Shown: positions 42,049 through 54,315 of the stretch, one piece after another
Layout: each line of letters starts with the position of its first letter
Numbering within the stretch: the stretch's first letter is position 1
Assembly: GCA_964016885.1 (NCBI GenBank)
Contig: OZ024741.1
Coordinates: 374,418,001 to 374,482,000, forward strand
Length of the DNA stretch: 64,000 nucleotides
Reading direction: 5' to 3'
Source of the DNA: Eledone cirrhosa
Lineage: Eukaryota
Translations under genes and position numbers: made by a program
The notes under the pieces: generated by a model
The model's input: the letters and a program-made list of their open reading frames with translations, nothing else
Database searches by the model: none
What the model was told of the DNA's origin: nothing

Positions 42049-42430
42049 TATGTATATATATATAGATGTATATATATATATAGATGTATATATATATATA
42101 GATGTATATATATATATAGATGTATATATATATATATATAGATGTATATATATATATATATAGATGTATATATATATATATATAGATGTATATATATATA
42201 TATAGATGTATATATATATATATAGATGTATATATATATATATAGATGTATATATATATATATAGATGTATATATATATATATAGATGTATATATATATA
42301 TATAGATGTATATATATATATATAGATGTATATATATATATATATAGATGTATATATATATATATAGATGTATATATATATATATAGATGTATATATATA
42401 TATAGATGTATATATATATATATAGATGTA
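42049..42430. repeat. Minisatellite [(TA)5-8GATG]n
   Basis: Regular units of about 16-20 bp such as tatatatatatatagatg. Confidence 0.9.
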
Positions 42431-42469
42431 TATATATATGTATATATGTATATATGTATATATATATAT

Positions 42470-42547
42470 ATCATCATCATTTCATCATTTCATTTTACGT
42501 CCACTTTTCTCTGCTTGCAAGGGTGGGACGGGAACTGATTCTGGCTT
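42470..42547 (-). mobile_element. Short RTE-type 3' tail fragment (third tail variant)
   Basis: Minus strand CCCTTGCAAGCAGAGAAAAGTGGACGTAAAATG...(TGA)n. Confidence 0.65.
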
Positions 42548-42700
42548 ATATATATGTATATATATATATGTATGTATATATATATGTGTATGTATGTATA
42601 TATATATGTATATGTATATGTATGTATGTATGTGTATGTATGTATGTATGTGTATGTATGTATGTATATGTATGTATGTATGTATATATATGTATGTATG

Positions 42701-42767
<67 letters not shown>

Positions 42768-43040
42768 GTATGTATGTATATATATATATGTATGTATATA
42801 TATATATGTATGTATGTATATATATGTATGTATGTATATATATATATGTATGTATGTATATATATGTATGTATGTATATATATGTATGTATGTATATATA
42901 TATATATGTATGTATATATATATGTATGTATGTATGTATATATATATGTATGTATGTCTGTATGTATGTATGTATGTATATATATATATGTATGTATGTC
43001 TATATGTATGTATGTATGTATGTATGTCTGTATATGTATG

Positions 43041-43122
43041 TTTTCTCTTTCTCTTAATTTTGAGTATATTTTTTGACCGGCCACCTTCCTGGTGGCAATG
43101 TTGTAAAAGAAAAGAAATTGTC

Positions 43123-43123
<1 letters not shown>
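43041..43123 (-). mobile_element. R4/Dong-like element, 3' UTR-only copy (83 bp)
   Basis: Near-identical to 19456-19539; embedded in (TATG)n. Confidence 0.9.
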
Positions 43124-43153
<30 letters not shown>

Positions 43154-43405
43154 TATATATGTATCCCAGTACAACCTGTCTCATGGTCGGGTCGTTGGCG
43201 ACTAAACTGGCAACCCCACCAAGGTTTATTGGTGAGGAGGGTGACTTTGGACATCCTGCAGGACTAAAAACAAAACCTGTTAAAGGGCAAAGGAGCTCTT
43301 AAGAGTCAATGGCTATCGAAAATCACCGGGAGAGATGTATGTATATATATATATATGTATGTATGTATATATATATATATATATGTATGTATATATATAT
43401 GTATG

Positions 43406-43440
<35 letters not shown>

Positions 43441-43445
43441 GTATG

Positions 43446-43479
<34 letters not shown>

Positions 43480-43481
43480 CG

Positions 43482-43515
<34 letters not shown>

Positions 43516-43931
43516 CGTATATATATATATATATATGTATGTATATATATATATATTTACTACATGGCCTTAACAGTTTTCCTAGTTTCTAGCATTACTA
43601 AACTATTTATGAGGCCAGTGTCTCTTTTCCTTTTCTTTTATTTTCTCCAGTCTTCTGGTGTTATTGGCACCCTCGTGTGTTCTTATACATTATGTACGTA
43701 TAATTTAACATTCATTTATTATATCTGAATCATCATATAACATATATAAGTTAGGCTGCATATGCCTCCACTAGAATGTAAAGAAATATAAACTACCCCC
43801 ATGCTATCCCCAAACCAAATAAACCGGAAGCTACAGGCTCAGCAATTAAATCACTGAGTAAATACAACTATTATCTAACATTGAACAATATAAAACTACT
43901 GAGTATGAATAGAATAAAGAAAAAAAAGGAT

Positions 43932-44760
43932 GATTTCTGCAATAGGCAGAAGGCCAGTAATTTGGGGGGAGAGGAAAGTCAATGAAATCGACCCCAGTGC
44001 ACTACTGGTACTTTATTTTATCAACCTCGTAAGGATGAAAAGCAAAACTAACCTCAGCACGATTTGAACTCAAACCTTAAAGGGTTGTAACTCTATGCTG
44101 CAAAGCATGGTGTTTGGTGCTTTACCGATACTGCAACTCCACTGCCCTAAATAAAGGAAAAAATGATAATGGTTTCTGATTTAGGCACAAAGCCAACAAT
44201 TTTAGGGGAGGGGAAAGTCGATTAAATTGACCCCAGTGCATTACTGGTATTTTATTTTTTCGACCCCATAAGGATGAAAGGCAAAACTAACTTCAGCAGG
44301 ATTTTAACCCAGATCGTAAAGGGCCGTAACTCTTTGCCACGAAGCAAGGTGTCCAACGCTCTACCGATACTGCAAATCCACCGCCCTAAATAAAGGAAAA
44401 ATAATATTAATACAGTGAAGTAATTGAATACAACAGAAAAAAGTAAACTTGATACAGTACATTCTTTACTAAACAGTTAATAATTACTGAGATATCTTAC
44501 ACAAATACCACTCACACATATTGTCCAATTTCCACAGAATGTGAATATTCTAGTGAATTATCAACTAAATGATATAATTGTTTCTACTTTAGGCACAAGG
44601 CCAGCAATAACCCAGTGCATTACTGGTACTTTTATTTTATCGACCCCGTAAGGATGAAAGGCAAAGTCAACCTCGGCGGGATTTGAACTCGGACTGTAAA
44701 GGGACGTAACTATGCTGGAAAGCATGGCGTCTGACCCTCTACCGATACTGCCAATCCACA
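43932..44760 (-). mobile_element. Cluster of three tRNA-derived SINE copies
   Basis: Repeated GACCCCAGTGCA.TACTGGTA...AAGGATGAAAGGCAAA...GATTTGAACTC...TACCGATACTGC at about 43932, 44171 and 44577. Confidence 0.75.
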
Positions 44761-45526
44761 TAATGGTCACATGTGCCTTCACGTGAAAGTAGCCAAAGTC
44801 AGTTTCCATCCCTGACAGCATCCTTACCCCACTATCTAGCATTCCAACCAAATGTCCACTCACCCTCCCCATGCTATGCTGAGCAAGCAATAATCTTTTC
44901 CACAACACAAATAGCATTAGTGATATATGCTCTTAGCTGAACTCAGCAAAACATAAAACCTCTCCTCATTTATAATGACACAAATGAATCAATGAAATAT
45001 AACAAACACTCACAATTGACTAAATTACAACAAATAAATCAAATAATATCAATTATTTTTAAAACATTTTATCAACCCTGATGCCGAGCCATCCAATACT
45101 CAACTGCTAGCTCAAAATAATCTAAAAATTTGTTTAAGTCTCTCTCCTCATGCCCATGCTATGACAAAAATGCAATATCAACATTTTATTTTATCATAAC
45201 CTTGTCTAAACATAGGTATTAACAATCTTTTAATCTCATTCACAAGAACCTTAACTCAGCTACTAATTCTACTGTACCTTAATACTTGGTTTGAAAACAA
45301 TATAACCCATTATTTTGTTAATACAGTCGGAGACAAAGGACATCTAAGCTACCTCAAAACTTTAGTCTTATTGTAAACGTTTGTCATGACAGACCCATTG
45401 CTCCTTTCAATAGTAACAACTAAATAGTTATTAAAGTTATTAACATTGAAACCACTGACCACAAAATTATTAGGATAAATTCTATGCAGTAAATCCATAG
45501 GCCTGGAACAAAAATATCACATATAT

Positions 45527-46114
45527 ACGTGATGCGCATGAAAGTCGATAGCTGTATAACAAAGTGCAGGGCAATAAAGATAGATGGTAGCCACGGTATA
45601 GGCAGACCTAGAAAAACCTGGGACGAGCAGATAAACTCCGACCTCACACACTTACACCTCTCCAAGACAATGTCACTGGACCGAGACCTTTGGCGGTACT
45701 CAGTAACAGAGAAGACCCGCCTTACCTAAATACATAGTTAGACCTACTACAGCCAGTAGGCATCTCTAACAAAATACACCCCGTCCCACCACCCCCACCC
45801 CATCCACACCACCCCCTTCTATGTAAAGTTATGGCGGTGCCACGCCATCCAGGCCGAAACAAATGAGATCGTGTAGGTGTCACGACAAAAAAACACACAG
45901 TCCACGCTGTAATGTGGCCGTGTAGGCAACACGGTAAAAACCTCCCAGACCCACACTGTAAATGTGGTTGGTGTTAGGAAGGGAATCCAACTGTAGAAAA
46001 CCTGCCAGACAGTCCTATGCGAGCAAGACAATCACTCTTGCCTCAAGTGGGAATACCCCCGTCCAAACCCATGCAAGCGTGGAACACGGACGTTAAACGT
46101 TGATGATGATGATG
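45527..46114 (+). mobile_element. RTE family B 3' fragment (subfamily ending KTRLT)
   Basis: C-terminal coding end, 3' UTR and (TGA)n tail. Confidence 0.92.
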
Positions 46115-46272
46115 TATGTATGTATATATATATATATATGTATGTATGTATGTATATATATATGTATGTATGTATGTATATATATGTATGTATGTATGTA
46201 TATATTTATGTATGTATATATATGTATGTATGTATATATGTATATATGTATATATGTATGTATGTATATATG

Positions 46273-46306
<34 letters not shown>

Positions 46307-47151
46307 TGTATGTATGTATGTATGTATGTATATATATATGTATGTATGTATATATGTATGTATGTATATATATATGTATGTATATATATATGTATGTATG
46401 TATATATATATGTATGTATGTATATATATATGTATGTATGTATATATGTATGTATGTATATATATATATATGTATGTATGTATATATATATGTATGTATG
46501 TATATATGTATATATGTATGTATGTATATATGTATGTATGTATATATGTATGTATATATATATATATATGTATGTATATATATATATATATGTATGTATG
46601 TATGTATATAGATATGTATGTATATATATATGTATGTATGTATATATATGTGTATGTATGTGTATGTATGTATATATGTATGTATGTATGTGTATGTATG
46701 TATGTATGTATGTATGTATGTATGTATGTATATATATATATATATGTATGTATATATATATATGTATGTATATATATATATGTATGTATATATATATGTA
46801 TGTATATATATATATATATGTATGTATATATATATGTATGTATATATATATATATATATGTATGTATATATATATGTATGTATATATATATGTATGTATG
46901 TATATATATATATATATGTATGTATATATATATATGTATGTATATATATATGTATGTATATATATATGTATGTATATATATATGTATGTATATATATATA
47001 TATATGTATGTATATATATATATATATGTATATATATATGTATGTATATATATATATATATATGTATGTATATATATATGTATGTATGTATATATATATG
47101 TATGTATGTATATATATATATGTATGTATGTATATATATATATATGTATGT
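46115..47151. repeat. (TATG)n/(TA)n array
   Basis: Read directly from the sequence. Confidence 0.95.
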
Positions 47152-48316
47152 ATCATCATCATCATCATCAACGTTTAACGTCCGTGTTCCACGCTTGCAT
47201 GGGTTTGGACGGGGGTAGTCCCACTTGAGGCAAGAGTGATTGTCTTGCTCGCATAGGACTGTCTGGCAGGTTTTCTACAGTTGGATGCCCTTCCTAACAC
47301 CAACCACATTTACAGTGTGGGTCTGGGAGGTTTTTACCGTGTTGCCTACACGGCCACATTACAGCGTGGACTGTGTGTTTTTTTGTCGTGACACCTACAC
47401 GATCTCATTTGTTTCGGCCTCGATGGCGCGGCACCAACATAACTTTACATAGAACGGGGTGGTGTGGATGGGGTGGGGGTGGGGGGGGGGGGTGTATTTT
47501 GTTAGAGATGCCTACTGGCTGGAGTAGGTTTTACTATATATTTAGGTAAGGCGGGTCTTCTCTGTTACTGAGTACCGCCAAAGGTCTCGGTCCAGTGACA
47601 TTGTCTTGGAGAGGTGTAAGTGTGTGATGTCGGAGTTTATCAGCTCGTCCCAGGTTTTTCTAGGTCTGCCTATTCCGTGACTACCGTCTATCTTTATTGC
47701 CCTGCACTTTGTTATACAGCTATCGACTTTCATGCGCATCACGTGTCCATACCAACGTAGCCTTCTCTCGAGTAAACAACATCTGATCCCTCTTATCTCT
47801 AATTTTTTCCTTAGTTCGTTTATGCTTTGCCGTTCACGTATATTACTGTTACACATCCAGCGGAGCATGCAAGCTTCGTTCCTCTCTAGTCTGCGTATAT
47901 CCTCTGCACACAATGCCCAGGTCTCACTGCCATGCAGCATTGCTGTTCGTATGCAGGCATCGTACAACCTGCCTTTCATTTTTAGTGAGAACCCTTTAGC
48001 AGCTAATAGTGGTATAAGCTCTCTGAACTTTTTCCAACCAGTTCTGACTCTAGCTACAGTACTTTCAGAGCACCCTCCCCCACTGCTGATTTTATCGCCC
48101 AGGTAACGGAAGCTGTCCACTATTTCTATAGAACCCTCTGCGCAATTGAAAGAGCTAGTAGTTTGTGGGCACTTGCTGCTACTTATTGCACCAGAGCACC
48201 GGCCACATGTAAAATCTATGTTCTTAGTTAGCTTACCTGTGATCCCACTACATCTTTTATGCACCCATACTTTGCATTTAGGACATAAAATGGAGTTTCT
48301 ACCTACGCCTTTCCTA
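47152..48316 (-). mobile_element. RTE family B 3' fragment (subfamily ending KTRLT)
   Basis: ORF 47542-48264 plus 3' UTR and tail. Confidence 0.92.
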
Positions 48317-48682
48317 TATGTATATATATATATATGTATGTATATATATATATATGTATGTATATATATATATGTATGTATGTATATATAAAAACAAATA
48401 ACGAAACGGAATTAAATTTCGTTTCGTTTGTAACTCACTTTTGTATGACTGACGCTTAAACAATTAAGTTAAAAATGTACATCCACATATGTATACTGAA
48501 ATACTAGTATGCATATGATTACACACACGTATACATATGTAGATGTACCGAGTTTTTCACTGGTCACTTTACTGTGAGTGTCCAGCTATTCTGTATGTAA
48601 ACACACAGACAAACCGGTTTTTAGAGTCATACAGGTTTTTGAGGAAACACCTTTCCTCTATTCTACAGAAAGCCAGACAAGG

Positions 48683-48727
48683 AATATTGAACTAGTTTCG
48701 ATGTTGTTACATCTCATCAGCAATATT
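48683..48727 (-). ncRNA. Type I hammerhead ribozyme, family 1
   Basis: Exact reverse complement of 49033-49077. Confidence 0.88.
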
Positions 48728-49032
48728 TACCTATCTTCCGGCCTCTCTAGAGAATCGTAAAAGCACATATCGTTATATGCTTTTTCTATGAAAATTAGTA
48801 GTGGGCAGACTAACTTGCATAGAGCGTAAGTACGTACCGGTTCAACGGAGACGATAAAAACAAATAACGAAACGGAATTAAATTTCGTTTCGTTTGTAAC
48901 TCACTTTTGTATGACTGATGCTTAAACAATTAAGTTAAAAATGTACATCCACATATGTATACTGATTTTCATAGAAAAAGCATATAACGATATGTGCTTT
49001 TACGATTCTCTAGAGAGGCCGGAAGATAGGTA

Positions 49033-49077
49033 AATATTGCTGATGAGATGTAACAACATCGAAACTAGTTCAATATT
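49033..49077 (+). ncRNA. Type I hammerhead ribozyme, family 1
   Basis: AATATTG-CTGATGA-GATGT aaca ACATC-GAAA-C TA G-TT-CAATATT; stem I can extend across 49005-49100. Confidence 0.88.
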
Positions 49078-49861
49078 CCTTGTCTGGCTTTCTGGAGAAT
49101 AGAGGAAAGGTGTTTCCTCAAAAACCTGTATGACTCTAAAAACCGGTTTGTCTGTGTGTTTACATACAGAATAGCTGGACACTCACAGTAAAGTGACCAG
49201 TGAAAAACTCGGTACATCTACATATGTATACGTGTGTGTAATCATATGCATACTAGTATTTCAGTATACATATGTGGATGTACATTTTTAACTTAATTGT
49301 TTATGTATATATATATATGTATGTATATATATATGTATATATATATGTATGTATATATATATGTATGTATATATATATGTATGTATATATATATGTATGT
49401 ATATATATATATGTATGTATATATATATATGTATGTATATATGTATGTATATATATATATGTATGTATATATATATATGTATGTATATATATATATGTAT
49501 GTATATATATATGTATGTATATATATATATATGTATGTATATATATATATATGTATGTATATATATATATGTATGTATATATATATATGTATGTATATAT
49601 ATATGTATGTATATATATATATGTATGTATATGTATATATATATATGTATGTATATGTATATATATATATGTATGTATATGTATGTATATATATGTATGT
49701 ATGTATGTATATATATGTATGTATGTATGTATATGTATATATATATGTATGTATGTATGTGTATATATGTATGTATGTGTATATATATATGTATGTATGT
49801 ATATATATATATGTATGTATATATATATATGTATGTATGTATGTGTATATATGTATGTATG

Positions 49862-49892
<31 letters not shown>

Positions 49893-50039
49893 ATATATGT
49901 ATATATATATGTATATATGTATGTATATGTATATATATGTATATATGTATATATATGTATGTATGTATATATATGTATATATGTATGTATGTATATATAT
50001 ATATGTATATATGTATGTATGTATATATATGTATGTATG

Positions 50040-50092
<53 letters not shown>

Positions 50093-50093
50093 G

Positions 50094-50153
<60 letters not shown>

Positions 50154-50187
50154 TGTATGTATATATTTGTATGTATATATATGTATG

Positions 50188-51403
50188 ATCATCATCATCA
50201 TCACCGTTTTACGTCCGTTCTTCCACGCTAGCATGGGTTAGACGGGTTGTCCTGTTGTGTGCAGTGTCTGGTCGGCTGACCATGCCTTGCTCATAGAGGA
50301 ACTGATCTGGCTTGATTTCTACAGCTGCATGCCCTTCCTAACACCAACCTCATTTACAGTGAGTGCTGGGTGCTTTTTCGTGGCGCCTACATGTCCACTT
50401 TACAGTGTGGGCTGGGTGCTTTTTTGCCGTGGCACCTCCACGACCACCTTGCGGTGGGGGGTGTGGGGGCATATTGTTTATATGCTTCAGCATGTACCCA
50501 TGGGAGGTCGGGTACTCTGTATTACTGCGTGACGCCAGAAGTCACGGTCGTGTGTCATTGTCTTTGAGAGGTGTAGTTGGGTAAGGTCGGCTTTTATCAC
50601 CTCATCCCAGGTCATTTTGGGTCTCCCCACTCCGCGGTTTCCATCAACTTCTAGTGCTCTGCACCTTTTTATGCAGCTGTCATCCTTCATACGCATCACA
50701 TGTCCATACCAGCGCAACCGCCTCTCCTGCACACAGCATTTGATTCCTCTTATGCTCAGTCTCTCTCTTAATTCTCTTATGCTTTGTCGTTCACGTATAT
50801 TACTGTTACACATCCATCGGAGCATGCAGGCTTCGTTTCTCTCTAATCTACGTAAGTCTTCCACCTTCAGCGCCCAGGTCTCACTACCATGCAACATCGC
50901 TGTTCGGATACACGCATCATACAGTCTGCCTTTCATTCTGAGGGAGAAGCCTTTTGCAGCTAGCAGTGGTAGTAGTTCCCTAAACTTCTTCCATCCCGTT
51001 CTTACCCTAGTTATTGTACTTTCTGAACACCCACCTCCGTTGCTAATTCGGTCACCTAGGTAGCAGAAGCTGTCTACTGTTTCTACAGGGCCCTCCCAGA
51101 GATTGGTGGTACTTGTTTCCTGTGGCTGTTTGCTGCTTGCTGTTTCAGCACAGCTGCTGCATGTGAATCCTACATTCTTAATTAAGCTTCCTGAGATCCC
51201 GCTACATCTCTTGTGTACCCATTGTTTGCATTTGGGGCAGAGAATGGAGTTCCTACCTACACCTTTCCTACATACTGAGCAAGGCCATTTCCCTGAGGGG
51301 ATCTGGGTTCTGTTTTCTCGTCTACTTACAAGGACCTTAGTCTTTGTCATGTTGACTTTGAGACCCTTTCTTTCTAGTCCCTGCTTCCAGGTTTGGAATT
51401 TAT
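50188..51403 (-). mobile_element. RTE family A 3' fragment, duplicate 1
   Basis: ORF 50487-51350 plus 3' UTR and tail. Confidence 0.92.
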
Positions 51404-51632
51404 GTATGTATATATATATATAATTTGGTATGTATGTATGTATGTATATATATATATGTATGTATGTATATATATATATGTATGTATGTATATATATATA
51501 TGTATGTATGTATATATATGTATGTATGTATGTATATATATATATATATGTATGTATATATGTATGTATATATATATATGTATGTATATATATATGTATG
51601 TATATATATATGTATATATATATATATGTATG

Positions 51633-51665
<33 letters not shown>

Positions 51666-51957
51666 GTATATATATATATGTATGTATATATATATATGTA
51701 TGTATATATATATATGTATGTATATATATATATGTATGTATATATATATATATATGTATGTATATATATATATGTATGTATATGTATATATATATATGTA
51801 TGTATATGTATATATATATATGTATGTATATGTATATATATATATATGTATGTATGTATGTATATGTATATATATATATGTATGTATGTATATGTATATA
51901 TATATGTATGTATGTATGTGTATATATGTATGTATGTGTATATATGTATGTATATAT

Positions 51958-52023
<66 letters not shown>

Positions 52024-52400
52024 GTATGTATATATATATGTATATATATATGTATGTATATATATGTATATATGTATGTATATATATATGTATATATGTA
52101 TGTATATATGTATGTATATGTATGTATATATGTATGTATGTATGTATATATATGTATATATGTATGTATATGTATGTATATATGTATGTATGTATGTATA
52201 TATATGTATATATGTATGTATGTATATATATATATGTATATATGTATGTATGTATATATATATATGTATATATGTATGTATATGTATGTATGTATATATA
52301 TATATGTGTATGTATATATATGTATGTATATATATATGTATGTATATATTTGTATGTATATATATATGTATGTATATATTTGTATGTATATATATGTATG

Positions 52401-53616
52401 ATCATCATCATCATCACCGTTTTACGTCCGTTCTTCCACGCTAGCATGGGTTAGACGGGTTGTCCTGTTGTGTGCAGTGTCTGGTCGGCTGACCATGCCT
52501 TGCTCATACAGGAACTGATCTGGCTTGATTTCTACAGCTGCATGCCCTTCCTAACACCAACCTCATTTACAGTGAGTGCTGGGTGCTTTTTCGTGGCGCC
52601 TACATGTCCACTTTACAGTGTGGGCTGGGTGCTTTTTTGCCGTGGCACCTCCACGACCACCTTGCGGTGGGGGGTGTGGGGGCATATTGTTTATATGCTT
52701 CAGCATGTACCCATGGGAGGTCGGGTACTCTGTATTACTGCGTGACGCCAGAAGTCACGGTCGTGTGTCATTGTCTTTGAGAGGTGTAGTTGGGTAAGGT
52801 CGGCTTTTATCACCTCATCCCAGGTCATTTTGGGTCTCCCCACTCCGCGGTTTCCATCAACTTCTAGTGCTCTGCACCTTTTTATGCAGCTGTCATCCTT
52901 CATACGCATCACATGTCCATACCAGCGCAACCGCCTCTCCTGCACACAGCATTTGATTCCTCTTATGCTCAGTCTCTCTCTTAATTCTCTTATGCTTTGT
53001 CGTTCACGTATATTACTGTTACACATCCATCGGAGCATGCAGGCTTCGTTTCTCTCTAATCTACGTAAGTCTTCCACCTTCAGCGCCCAGGTCTCACTAC
53101 CATGCAACATCGCTGTTCGGATACACGCATCATACAGTCTGCCTTTCATTCTGAGGGAGAAGCCTTTTGCAGCTAGCAGTGGTAGTAGTTCCCTAAACTT
53201 CTTCCATCTCGTTCTTACCCTAGTTATTGTACTTTCTGAACACCCACCTCCGTTGCTAATTCGGTCACCTAGGTAGCAGAAGCTGTCTACTGTTTCTACA
53301 GGGCCCTCCCAGAGATTGGTGGTACTTGTTTCCTGTGGCTGTTTGCTGCTTGCTGTTTCAGCACAGCTGCTGCATGTGAATCCTACATTCTTAATTAAGC
53401 TTCCTGAGATCCCGCTACATCTCTTGTGTACCCATTGTTTGCATTTGGGGCAGAGAATGGAGTTCCTACCTACACCTTTCCTACATACTGAGCAAGGCCA
53501 TTTCCCTGAGGGGATCTGGGTTCTGTTTTCTCGTCTACTTACAAGGACCTTAGTCTTTGTCATGTTGACTTTGAGACCCTTTCTTTCTAGTCCCTGCTTC
53601 CAGGTTTGGAATTTAT
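52401..53616 (-). mobile_element. RTE family A 3' fragment, duplicate 2
   Basis: Same endpoints and flanks as 50188-51403, offset 2213 bp. Confidence 0.92.
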
Positions 53617-54048
53617 GTATGTATATATATATATAATTTGGTATGTATGTATGTATGTATGTATGTATATATATATATGTATGTATGTATATATATGTAT
53701 GTATGTATGTATATATATATATATATGTATGTATATATGTATGTATATATATATGTATGTATGTATATATATATATGTATGTATATATATATGTATATAT
53801 ATATGTATATATATATATATGTATGTATATATATATATATGTATATATATATGTATGTATATATATATGTATGTATATATATATATATGTATGTATGTAT
53901 ATATATGTATGTATGTATATATATATATATGTATGTATGTATATATATATATGTATATATATATATGTATGTATGTATGTATATATATATGTATGTATGT
54001 ATGTATGTATATATATATGTATGTATGTATGTATATATATATATATGT

Positions 54049-54210
54049 GCGGCTCAGTAGTTACCGATGATGTTGATCTTTTCTTCTTTTCGGGTTATAG
54101 CTACTGTCGCTCAGAGAGTGGGATTGGTTCAGTGCACAGTCTTTCCTCACTTTAAAAATATTCGTCACGCACAGGCATTGCACGAGTGCATTAATAATTA
54201 TTAATAGTGT

Positions 54211-54245
<35 letters not shown>

Positions 54246-54280
54246 TATTATTACTTTTTTTTTTTTTTTTTTTTTTTTCT

Positions 54281-54315
<35 letters not shown>

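Larger units (their letters stand above)
48388..49303. mobile_element. Non-coding hammerhead element (retrozyme-like or Penelope pLTR-like): 466-nt unit, partial tandem and fold-back
   Basis: Direct repeat 48388-48499/48854-48965; inverted repeat 48457-48795/48965-49303; TA arrays on both sides. Confidence 0.8.

Noticed and set aside
42049-42430. CRISPR-like regular repeat
   Set aside because: No unique spacers, eukaryotic context and no cas genes.
43651-43720. Possible next ACO1 exon after a strong polypyrimidine tract and CAG
   Set aside because: No frame resembles the expected GVLSGNRNFEGR segment; at most a cryptic acceptor.
48578-49182. Twin 60-aa ORFs on opposite strands
   Set aside because: GTG start, antisense to the ribozyme, and duplicated only because of the inverted repeat.
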